A stretch of DNA of 64,000 nucleotides from Diadema antillarum. Its lineage: Eukaryota. The notes beneath the pieces were generated by a model that was given only the letters and a program-made list of their open reading frames with translations, had not been told where the DNA came from and made no database searches. This document shows, piece by piece, positions 22,401 through 34,065 of the stretch (position 1 is the first letter of the stretch; each line of letters starts with the position of its first letter). Made by a program: the position numbers and the translations under genes. Location: the NCBI RefSeq assembly GCF_040938485.1, contig NW_027271922.1, positions 186,001-250,000 on the forward strand. The letters are read 5' to 3'.

Positions 22401-25005
22401 TATTTTTAAATGACACTTGACCTTTGGACTAAACGCTCGAGGAGATTCGCTTTCCCTCTCCGTGACCTCTGTTAAAGCTGTCCAAAACTATGACAGAGAA
22501 AAAAATATGACGTTAATTGTTAACTTGTCAATGTTATTGACGAAGTGATAAAGGTGATTATTTATGAGGATTATTTAATCTTCTTAAAAGCAGTTCCTTT
22601 GGTAATGACGTTCAGATCAAGGTTCGATTGAAAGCGTAGGATAGTTTCTTTTTTTTTTTATTTGACCTATTGATAGCCAGAAGAATATAGATTTGTGTGT
22701 ATAGGACGTGTATAGGACGTAGGACGTGGGAAGGATAGTTAGTGTGCTGATATTTGTACATACTAGTATATATCTTTATAATGGATATACATTTCTATGC
22801 AACGCATTATCCACTTTTTTATTGCAACTATTCCAAATATTGCACCTAAAAGTGTGTACCAGATTATCAAATTGCAATTATATTTTTGTCACTTTGTTTT
22901 GAGATGTAATATAATGGAGAGTTTGATTCTTTAGGTCATTTCTGTTTATGAGCTTCCCTATCCGCATCAATTACCAAGAGTTTGATGATAATTGAAGGTA
23001 CATGTATTTATAATTCAATTCAATTCAATCTATTTTCATATTTATCAATGAAGGAATCTACATCAAATGTAACAAAGTAAAGTGAAACACAATAGGCTAT
23101 CCGGCTTGGATGCACAATGAATTACACAAACATAAAGAATATGGCGGTCAATCTTTGTAAGTTTGGCTCTATGTATGAATGCTAAAGAAATAAGATGGAA
23201 ACTACTTTGAAGCAAGCTTGTCAAGCGTAGGTTCAAATTCTGAACCGAGTGTACAGATCGAGATAAGGAGCACGGATGCAGCAGATTATATTATGACCAA
23301 AATATAGAAAACCAAAACAAAAGACAAAAATACCCGGGGATATAGCAAATTGTTCTGAAATACAGATAGGGAAAACAAACAAACCACATGCTTCCGACGT
23401 ATGAACAATAAATTGTTTAACGGTGTTTGAACAATTAGAAAACTCGACATTTGGGTCCTCAAAAGAGACGATGGAAGTCTTGGTAATGGAAACATATAAA
23501 TGTACTAACAATTGACGAATGATTTACCAGCCAGTATAGCAATGAAGTGAGTACAACAAAGCCAGCTGTTAAAGCTCCCCGACATCTTTAGAGTAGGAAT
23601 GAGAATGCTGGTATATTGAGGAATAAAGACAGTGACGCTCAACTGAATTACATGACAACAACCAAGCACAACAGCAAAACGTTCATAAACAAGAAAGAAA
23701 GGAATTTCAATGAACTTACGCGATGTAATTATTCAATAAGTACTGTCTTAATTTGTATTTAAAGGCTGACAATGATAAACAACCAGCGATTTCTACGAGG
23801 AGATCGTTCCAGTATTTCGGCCCTTTATACATAATTGGGGGTTTTTTTCGCAGAAATGGTTAGGATACGTGGAAGATAATGCCCTTTACCACTCAGTCTG
23901 CCCATGCTCAAAAGGCATGAAAAGTCTCTCACACAGCATAAAAGAGAGAAATTAAGAAAAGAAAGAAAGACGGAATTGTAGTCATCACCTAATGAAATGC
24001 TTATGAAATAGGTGTGTTCTCAGGAGATATAGTACGAATGTTTAAAAGAAGCTTGTTCCAGAGAGAGGATCCTGTGTGAACTAAAGACCTGTCACCGAAC
24101 ATGGTTTTTGTTTTTGGAACTGATGAGGCCAGTATCATGCAAATTTATACATATGCGCCGTATGTGTGCGTGTGTGTCTGTCTGTCTGTCTGCTTACGTG
24201 TGTATGTGATTTTGACAAATCAAATTATGTTACAACTGCTGCTACCTGCTCCACAGTACCATAGTACTGTTGTATCCAAGTGTAAGTGGTAAAAGGAGAA
24301 GAGAAATGATGGATGAATGAGTTTCGAGATATAACACGAGGAAACTGGTATGTAGATTACATAAATATCTCGTGACATTTGTTGTCCTCTACTTTTGCAC
24401 AGAAACGATGTTTCATCATAATCACACCAGAACTTTGTAAGCCAACTATTTGCTGACTTCATCCATATTACTGCATCAAGCAAAAAGGAATATGAAATTA
24501 TGCTCAGAATTTTTAAACCCTGACAACCTGCCTGAACACACCATGCCCTTATTGTTATGTTATGCGTGGGGTGAGAAATGACATATTACTGATGATAGTC
24601 AAATTTTGGTTGATCAATATCACCAGTTACTAGGAGCAACATCTAAAACAGAATATGAAGTGTTTCGTTTGACCATTCTTTTATTTTAAATGAAATAAAA
24701 ACTTCATTTCGTTTCACTGACGAGAAACTCAATATGGGATACCAATTAACTTCAAGATCACACGATTAGTACCCATGTAAATGAGGTCACCGAACATTAT
24801 TCTCATACTTCTATCTCCTTGCACATGTGGAATTGAACAAGAAGGGTTTGCACGAAGCAAGTGTTTTGGTGTTTTGTCAGTGTAGTTTCTACAACATTAA
24901 CATTGCCAAGGCGTTGAGCGATTTATTCAAGCGACATGTACTTATGTATACAAAACAGATAGATCAAGGAGGAAGGCCATCCAGTGTTTTTCTCTTGCTT
25001 TACAC

Positions 25006-25007
<2 letters not shown>

Positions 25008-25055
<48 letters not shown>
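25008..25055. repeat. (TA)n microsatellite
   Basis: direct reading. Confidence 0.9.
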
Positions 25056-25058
<3 letters not shown>

Positions 25059-25903
25059 TTTATACATACATACAAAAGAAACTTAAAATTAATGGTGTGA
25101 AATCATGTTATGCCTATTACCAATATATTTCATATGTCAGTAGCTTATTACTTCAGTTTCATGATTTGGAAACAAATGAACTTCAAATCGATAACCACTG
25201 CACTAATGGTATCTTGTAAATATTTCGGGCGACGGGCGCGTTACACGGATGATGTCTCTGTAACCAACGAAGAATCACCGATAAAACACTAATGAAAGAT
25301 GACTACCAAAATCCAACCAAATAAATGCACTATATATCTCAAAGGTCTCAAGAATGCATAAGTTATATACATCAGCCAGGTTTGGTTTCAGCATCTTCGA
25401 AATAGGCTACACCCATAAATGTATCTTCATTCTCATGACCTGGCGGGGAACCAGGCGGGGTGCTCTGAGTTCTGCTCTTACTTCGAGCAGATTACCAACA
25501 ATTTTCATTATTCAGTATAACTAAGTATTGCCAGTCAATCAATTTCACTCTTTAGAAGCTGCGGGACGTGTCTTATGGAGGGTTATGTTTGATTCGACCA
25601 GATAACCTTGCTTCTGATTTTGCTGTTACTCTTCAAATGACTGGTCTTGGTAGCCATGATACACAGAACAAGGTCTGACATGACATCCCTGAATACCCCT
25701 TGACATCAATTGACTTCTTCCCTTTGTGCTTAACAGCTTCTGTTAGTACATTCTCTACCTTATAAAAAACACTCACACAAATAATGGTAAAAAGAAAAAG
25801 AAAAAATCAGCGAATTCAGAAATGTGGTGCGAAATAGTGTGCGGAATCACGAAAGAGGGGTTTCAGATATTCGGCAAAATAACTTTCCATCTTATTGGCT
25901 TGA

Positions 25904-27295
25904 TGACGGGGAAATGTGCTTTGACAATTAAGGAACGTGAAGTGTGTACCCAAACTAAACTTACGCGATTTAATTACAAAATCAATGGTTCTCAACATGG
26001 TGGATACTTAACGGCAGCCTCATTGTCAATAACTCACATTCAGTAACCATATTTCATCACTCAGAAAACTTATCTTCCTGTACTGCTCAAACGGAATGGA
26101 TTTGATGTTGATCACTGCAATTATTAATGAATTGTCTCATATCAAAATCCAGCAATTTGATTGACAGGAACCGAAACTTTCCAATGCTTTCACAGGTAGT
26201 CTTGGTTCTGCTCGTCACTTTCTCATTATTTGTTGTTAGAAACAAAAAAGTAGTAGGTCTATACTACTGGACGAATACACATACATTAAGCCTATGGTTT
26301 CATATTTCACTAAAGGCGACAGACAGATTTTTGTTTTTGTTTTTTATTGTTCCATATTCCACATTTCAACAAATACATAAAACATAAACATCACAATACA
26401 AACGCCTGGATGAACTGTCACGTACAGCTTATAAGACAATAAAACATGTGAAATATGAGGAATCTACATAGAAGCATTGCTTGTAGGGTGTAGATTCCCA
26501 GATGCGGATGTGAGATTATTTCTTACTTGGGTATGTAATTAAAGGAATGACAATTTCTGAATTGGAGAAATATAAACGCCAAAAAGTAAAAAGAAAAAGA
26601 AAAAAGAAAACAATGAAAACAATGTCCGCGGCACAGACTTCTTGAGTGTTGCGTGATGATTGTTATATCATTATTAAAGAATGTTAAAGAAAGATGATTG
26701 TTATATCATTATTAAAGAATGTTTTCCTTTTCAGCACATCTGCCATGCAAACGTAATATTGCAAAGTTAGTTTAAAATTTGGCTAGCTGACGGGGAAATG
26801 TGCTTTGACAATTAAGAAACGTGAAGTGTGTACCCAAACTAAACTTACGCGATTTAATTACAAAATCAATGGTTCTCAACATGGTGGATACTTAACGGCA
26901 GCCTCATTGTCAATAACTCACGTTCAGTAACCATATTTCATCACTCAGAAAACTTATCTTCCTGTACTGCTCAAATGGAATGGATTTGACGTTGATCACT
27001 GGCAATTATTAATGAATTTCCTCATATCAAAATCCAGCAATTTGATTGATAGAAACCGAAACTTTCTCATGCTTTCACAGGTAGTCTTGGTTCTGCTCGT
27101 CACTTTCTCATTGTCTGTTAGGAACAAAAAAAAAAAGTAGTAGGTCTACTACTGGACGAATACACATGCATTAAGCATATGGTTTCATATTTCACTAAAG
27201 GCGACAGATAAATGATTTTTATATCATTATTAAAGAATGTTTTCCTTTTCAGCACATCTGCAATGCAAACGTAATAATGCAAAGTGAGTTTAAAG
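25904..27295. repeat. Local direct duplication (25904-26324 / 26788-27208 and 26700-26780 / 27219-27295)
   Basis: Near-identical blocks beginning TGACGGGGAAATGTGCTTTGACAATTAAG and TATATCATTATTAAAGAATGTTTTCC. Confidence 0.85.
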
Positions 27296-27782
27296 TTCGC
27301 GACGTGAACGTGATAAAATAGTTTAACTTTAGAATAGAGTGCATAAGATATGCATTGTTTAAACTTTCACAGATTTTTTAATAGCCCGCTGGTGTGGCAT
27401 GAATTTATCTAGTGACTTATTCTAAATAGTGTATCTTTAGTCCTGAAATTTTACATTCGATTTACGACACATCAAACTCTATGAAACCATTCATAAAAGA
27501 AAATGATCGTGCGATCCCCAATTCCTTCCAATGGATTTGGGATTCTAAAAGCAGATGAATATCAGTAATAGGTCAATAGAACATAGCTAAATATTCTAAA
27601 TTCGTCGGTTGAGAATGATAAGGGCGTTAAGTTGCCACTAAACCCATAGTGTTCGAGACAACTTAACGCCCTTCTCATTCTCAACAGACGCTATGGTGTC
27701 CTTCTGAGAGTGACTTTTGATGATTTTAGCGTTGGAGAACCATAGAGCAGATAATAAAAAAACACATCTGCCAAAGGTAGCT

Positions 27783-29129
27783 CTACATCATGAAAAAGAA
27801 AAAGTCTCTTTCCCATTCTTCCAGTTTGTCCTTCTCTATTGCTTCTTTTTGTAGCTTCATCTCGTGCTTTTTGGCGGCAACAAAACACTTGATGAACTCT
27901 TCTCCCAGTGCTGATGTGATCACCTCATCAGCTAGCAGAGCTTCCACAGCCTCCTCCATGTTGTCTGGCGGTGCTGGTGTCAGTGGTGGAACGTATTCGT
28001 CATCATAAGCACTGCTCGCCCCGTCTATTCCTTTGGGTAAGGGTAGCTTATTGACGATTCCGTCCAGTCCTGCTGCAATGGTGGCCGCCATACTTATATA
28101 GGGATTGCATCCAGACGCACCAAGTCGATTTTCGATGTATGTGCCTTTGTCTCCCTGGATCTTGACTCGGATGGCGCAGGTGCGGTTGTCTGGACCCCAG
28201 GTAACGTTATAGGGGGCAAAGGAATGACGCTTGAATCTTTTCAAGCAGTTGACTGTAGGTGCCATCAAAACTGATATAGCCCTCGCGTGAGCCAGGAGCC
28301 CTGCCACCCAGTACTCTCCAATTTTTGACAGGCCAGTTGAACTCGAAGCATCATACAGCTTGGAGACCTTTCCTGCTGCATCCCACAGGGAATGACAAAA
28401 ATGAGCTGAGCTGCCTGTCTTGTCAGGCCATGGTTTGGACATGAAGGATGCAATGTAATTATGTTTCAAAGCAATTTCTTTGATTCCTGATTTGAAAGTA
28501 TGAGCTGTATCGGCAGCTTTTAACCCAAACTCGGGTCTGTAGGTGATCATTACATGACCCCGGCCGGCTTCACTGGTGACGCATTCGACATCAACCCCTG
28601 CTTTGGGTAAGTCGACCACAGCCTGCTGGATAAAGTCCTCATAGGCAGAAAGGCGAAGTGTAGAGTAGGCGTACATTTGATTGTCTACGGGCTCCTTGGT
28701 GTCTCTCTTCACCAGGTAGAATTCATGTTCATGGGCTGACCAAAGGGATAGACCAAAGTCAGACAAGCGGTCAACCTGACGTCTTGCTACATCTCGTGGG
28801 TACGCTGGGATTTTCTCTCCGTTCTTCTCACCGTCTACCAAAACTCTGGCAGTCTTAGTCAACCAGGGAAGTATTGTAAATGTGTTCAAGTCAGGAAATC
28901 CTCGACAGTCCTCTACGTGGATTTCCATGCCGTACCCACTGTTTTCAAATATATCGCCTCTCGGATCAAATGCGAGGAAGCACTGAGAAAAATTGAGACC
29001 GTTGAGGGCGGCTTCCTTGAAATGCCTCGCGGGCATTGCCCGGCATACGGGTATGCCGTACTGAGTTGCTTGCTCGAAACGGACGATTGCGACGTCATTT
29101 TTCTTGAGCTCAGATATGATGTCATCCAT
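27783..29129 (-). CDS. LGSN: Lengsin-like class I glutamine synthetase family protein, copy 3 (448 aa; E194M at a metal ligand)
   Basis: Uninterrupted ORF with the same motifs; GHVMIT in place of GHVEIT. Confidence 0.92.
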   Translation of the reverse strand: MDDIISELKKNDVAIVRFEQATQYGIPVCRAMPARHFKEAALNGLNFSQCFLAFDPRGDIFENSGYGMEIHVEDCRGFPDLNTFTILPWLTKTARVLVDGEKNGEKIPAYPRDVARRQVDRLSDFGLSLWSAHEHEFYLVKRDTKEPVDNQMYAYSTLRLSAYEDFIQQAVVDLPKAGVDVECVTSEAGRGHVMITYRPEFGLKAADTAHTFKSGIKEIALKHNYIASFMSKPWPDKTGSSAHFCHSLWDAAGKVSKLYDASSSTGLSKIGEYWVAGLLAHARAISVLMAPTVNCLKRFKRHSFAPYNVTWGPDNRTCAIRVKIQGDKGTYIENRLGASGCNPYISMAATIAAGLDGIVNKLPLPKGIDGASSAYDDEYVPPLTPAPPDNMEEAVEALLADEVITSALGEEFIKCFVAAKKHEMKLQKEAIEKDKLEEWERDFFFFMM

Positions 29130-29377
29130 TGCAACTGAGTTTGAAACCTGAGGTGGATATATGAAGACATGATGGCTAATATGGCTTGTCTTATTATCAT
29201 TCTCTTAAATTAACAATGAGAAGAACTAAACATTATCTTTTTCTTTGCATTTTCTGGTCGTTGATAGAGTAAAGTATTATCATAATGGGAAAATTAATTC
29301 CTTCAGTCATTAAATGAATAAGTCACTCACGTAATATCTCGTTTCTTACTCCAGCTCCAAGGGCAGTTACATTTTAA

Positions 29378-29752
29378 GGGGACTGTACAGTACTGGTTGA
29401 GGTAGGGATTCATGTTTTGAACATTCCTAAGTGAGATAATGAAAAGCCTCGTATGAAATATGAAAGAGCATGTAATTTCAAGAAGGATTCAACTTTTATT
29501 TGATGGCAATTGGTTTTCAAATGGCTGAGATATCCAAAAAAGTGCTAATAATAAAAGGCGACGTGCCACAAATTTATTAGGATCTCTTTGTTTTTTGGGA
29601 TATCTCAGCCATTTCAAAACCGATTTTCATCGAATAAACTTTTGATACCCCTTAACACTGCATGTTCTTTGACATCTCAAAGAGTGGTTTCTGCATATCT
29701 CGCAAAACGTTAAAAGCTAAATCTACACCTCGACCAGAACTATACACACCCT
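29378..29752. mobile_element. Kolobok-type MITE with TTAA target duplication
   Basis: TTAA|GGGGACTGTACAGTACTGGTTGAGGT ... ACCTCGACCAGAACTATACACACCCT|TTAA; internal inverted AAATGGCTGAGATATCC / GGATATCTCAGCCATTT. Confidence 0.75.
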
Positions 29753-30004
29753 TTAAGGATTGAAAATACCCCTCTCGACCCCTTTTTTTCCTTTCCCGAA
29801 AACTGCTGTATTTCTCCTTTTCTCGTTGTTATTGGTGCGATGCATGAAATTTGCCTGTATTCCATGCTGTATGATTGCAAATATTGTTTATTACATGATT
29901 CGTGTACCCATGGTCAACTTATTTTTGGTGATCTATTCATTTAGAATCTATTTTTGGTGAAAGTTAATTACCATGCTATGTCATCAATATCATTACCCTT
30001 TCTG

Positions 30005-30171
30005 GGGGGCATTTCATGAAGGAACTTGTCGGATAAAATATCTGACAAGTCAATTATATCCGACAAGTTTTGAGAAATTCTTTAGTCTGATTGGCTGATT
30101 TCTCTGAACTTATCGGATATAGTTGACTTGTCGGACATTTTATCCGACAAGTTCCTTCATGAAATGCCCCC
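30005..30171. mobile_element. PIF/Harbinger-like palindromic MITE with CTG target duplication
   Basis: CTG|GGGGGCATTTCATGAAGGAACTTGTCGGATAAAAT ... ATTTTATCCGACAAGTTCCTTCATGAAATGCCCCC|CTG. Confidence 0.8.
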
Positions 30172-30257
30172 CTGGTCCTCCGTGCGCGCGTGTGTGTGCG
30201 TGTGTGTGTGTGTGTGTGGACACGAGCGCGTTTGTTAGTGATTATAATATGTTAGAG

Positions 30258-30545
30258 TGATGAAAGCAAGGTACAATTCATCATCGTGGAAATTAGTGAT
30301 GTTATACAATCGTACTTATTTTGTTACGTAATAGAACTTCACAATACATAAAAAATGTAAATGTTGCCATACGGAGAATGAATAAATGATGAAAGCAAGG
30401 TACAATTCATCATCGTGGAAATTAGTGATGTTATACAATCGTACTTATTTTGTTACGTAATAGAACTTCACAATACATAAAAAATGTAAATGTTGCCATA
30501 CGGAGAATGAATAAATCAAATCAAATCAAATCAAATCAAATCTTA
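30258..30545 (+). repeat. 129-bp tandem duplication ending in AATAAA and a (TCAAA)n tail
   Basis: Two apparently identical units at 30258-30386 and 30387-30515. Confidence 0.85.
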
Positions 30546-31333
30546 TTTATTGCTATTATCATTATTATTATATGGGCTCTTGCATGGAGACTCTTTTTTC
30601 TTTTCTTCTCCTTCTCTGTGACAATGATAAAGTTTGACCTGTTTATGAGGGTTAATAGGTCCACATATTTTGATAAAAAATATTAACAACAATGCAGACG
30701 ACAGCATAGTTACAGAAATAATTGCTAGCTCATTTCTGCGTCACAGATCCCGAGTCACAAGAGCTTGGCCGGCGGAACCGGAGGGCCGGGGGGGGGGGGG
30801 GGGGGGTCTCGGGCCCCCTCACTCTTCGTGTACCATACAAAGGAATACATAGGGTGTCATCACTTTGGCCCCCCCCCCCCCCCCACTTTTCTTATCCCGG
30901 AAGTACGTAAGTGGCACTAAAAAGAAATAGATAGAGATCTTGAAGTGTGAGCGCGATAAGGTTTTATGACATCATTCAGGAATATTTTTATAGGCCTACT
31001 TTATATTGTATTTTGAAAAAAAATGCCTTTATCAGACGAATGAGAGACGAATTGAAAAATTGTACCACTTTGGACCATGTTCCTTTTTTTTTTTTTTTTT
31101 TTGATGATGGAAATAAAACTATCGAATTGAAAAAAAAAAAAAGGTTATGTTTTTGCGCTGAAGAAACCCGGAAGTGGAAGGGGAATGATGAGCTTAGGAC
31201 ATTTTTTTTTTAATTTGCTTTTCAGCTGAAGAAACCCGGAAGTGGAAGGGGAGAGATGGGCTCCTTTTTTTCTTTTATTTTTCTTTTTTGCTTGTTAGCT
31301 CATGAAAGCCGGAAGTGCCCTCCCCCCCCCCTC

Positions 31334-31364
<31 letters not shown>

Positions 31365-34012
31365 TTGAAAACACTCCGCCGGCCCTGAAGAGTTCCAAAC
31401 AAAAGCAATAACAGCGATAACATAGTGGTAATATTTGGTAATTGAAGACGATATTCTGACACAATCTTTGTGGTGCCGCAGGAAAACGTTACTACAGTGC
31501 TCAGTATAGTCATGGAGCTGTTGCTATCAATGCAACGAAACCACATCGTTCTACGAAGCAGCAGCTTACCATTGTAAAGCTTCAAGGATTTCGGTGAAGC
31601 TGAAATTACACATACTGTATGTACAGTAATAAGCCCGTAACTTACAGAATTCAGCGTGCAGAAGGAAGCTTTCCCAAGATGTCTTCACAGCATGCGAGTA
31701 CAGCGCGTGGTTGCAGCTGTATGTAAAGAAACTGCAATATCCACACTATATGCCTGACCTTTGGAACTGCTTTGACAAAGGATATAATGCTATTATTTCT
31801 CAACGCTTTCCTTTGTGCCGTGTTACGGCTTGGCTGGTACGCCCAAAAAAAGCTAGCCAAAAAAAAAAAAAGCAAACGATAAAAATCAATGCAGGAATTG
31901 TGAATTCTGTAACAATATGCACTATTCGTGATAGCTCGACATGTATAGAAATCAACGGTTTTCTGTGGGTCGTGATGCGCTCGTAGTTTGGTTTGGTGAA
32001 AGAAAAAGTTAGAAAAGTTAGTCAAAAGTAAACAATCTACATATCAGTGCAGAAATTGTGAATCTGTGACAACAACACTATTCGCGATAACGCAACATGT
32101 AGAAATATAGTGACATTGCACACCACCAGCGTAAACAAGGGCGAAAACAGGACGGCAGACTGTCAACATACAAGTAGAGCTTGATTTGGATGAGGACTCA
32201 TATTGTACAGTTTCATAACTATACCGTTATATATCATATATAATCATAAATATTTCATTTCTACTGTCAACGACTTTTCCTGATTAATAACATCCATAAT
32301 TATCAATAATTGCTCGAAAGCAACGGACACAAACCTGTCTGTCTTGCAGGGGCTGAAGGAATGAGGAGAAAAGGGGATTTAGCTTACGAAAGAAAGAAGT
32401 GTGTGTTTCTGTGCTAACGACAGTGATGAGGGACAAAGGTCAAGGTATATTATATAAATGCACATTTCTTTTGTACATTCCTATACATACATATAATTTA
32501 CGCGTATATGTGTTTGTGTGTATTATATGAAGAGCTTGCTCCCAAAAGGCGCTAAATCCATAATTTTTCATTTAGCGCCTTTCGGAAGCAAGCTATTCAT
32601 ATATAGTGAGTATCTATACCTTTATGGTGTTTTAGAGGAATGTGTTTTTATGCAAAAATGGTTATAGGCCTACATGTGTTTTCCTTACTCTGATAGCTTA
32701 CATTTGAGGTTGAGTTTACTTTACAACAACGCACTTTTTGACATACGTCATGACGATAGAGTTTGATTCTTTTGGTCATTTGTTTTTTAATCATCCCGAA
32801 CGCGTATCATGCACTGAGAACGAAATCAACAAGTGCTGATCATGCAGAACATCTATCTAAAACATACGTTACATTTGGCAAATTAATTGATGAGACAGCG
32901 ACTACTACAAATACTTCAACTTTAAGTATTACTCAGTTATGCTAGAAAACGAGGAATGGTGGAGGAATGAATGTCTACATACGACACGAGAAGTCGTGTA
33001 ATTAGATTGCATGCATCAAGTGACACTTATCATCATTTATCCTTTATAAAGAAACGATATTATATTTTCATTATAATCATATTCACCTGCTGAATTTTTA
33101 TAACACGTCTGGAATTCTCATGCACCAAGAGGTTCACGGTTTTGTCTAATACGTCTAATGTAATCTGTGGGGTCAGAAGTCACACATTTTTTATTTCAAT
33201 CGAATTGACCTTAGCTCAACATTTACTTGTAGAGCAACATTGTTTCAATGGCGCGAAACAAATAGAGAAGAGTATTAAAAGAACTTTAAGATGACACAGC
33301 CAAATCTAATACTCATGTAAGTGAGGTAAGTAGACAATCTGTACATGCTATCATATCCTTTCAAATAAGGACTCTACCAAGTCGATGGTTTGCACAATGC
33401 AGTGTATCAATGGTAAACATGAATAAGTGTTGAATTTTGCAATATCATCATTTTCTAGGCATATGTACGATTTTTCTGTTGTCTACAAAGCAGATAGATT
33501 GAAGAAGGAGAACAAAGACCGTTATTGTCTCTTATATTTGATATCTTTATTATAGACACACATATTTGAATACCCAAATGGTGCGAATTTGTCATCCATA
33601 TTATCAATCTATTTCATATTTCAATACCTTGTTAATACTTCTCGAGGATTAAAAATGATTGGTCTTCAGAACGTTTAGTTAACCATTGCACCTCATGGTA
33701 TCTGAAAATATTTAGGGCAAACGGCGAATACGGATGATCGATCTCTTTCTGACAATGATATTAAACGCTGAAATCCCGATAAAACAAATAGAATTTGTGC
33801 AAATATGCAATTCTTAAACCCCTATGTTCGACTTCAGCTACCCAATGGAGACGATTATTCAACCCTGATTTAACGTACGATTCCTCTCTGTAAAGTTCCC
33901 TTGGTAATTCACCACTGAAACATTGAACAAAGAACGCACTTTTAGAAAACCACTGGTGATAACAAGCAAAAATGCTTCTGTTCAATCACCTCCAGAAAAG
34001 GATATGACTGAT

Positions 34013-34063
<51 letters not shown>
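34013..34063. repeat. (ATTG)n microsatellite
   Basis: direct reading. Confidence 0.9.

Positions 34064-34065
<2 letters not shown>

Noticed and set aside
25390-25720. Coding-like GC-richer stretch that might be a fifth lengsin fragment
   Set aside because: My translations showed stops and no GS motifs.
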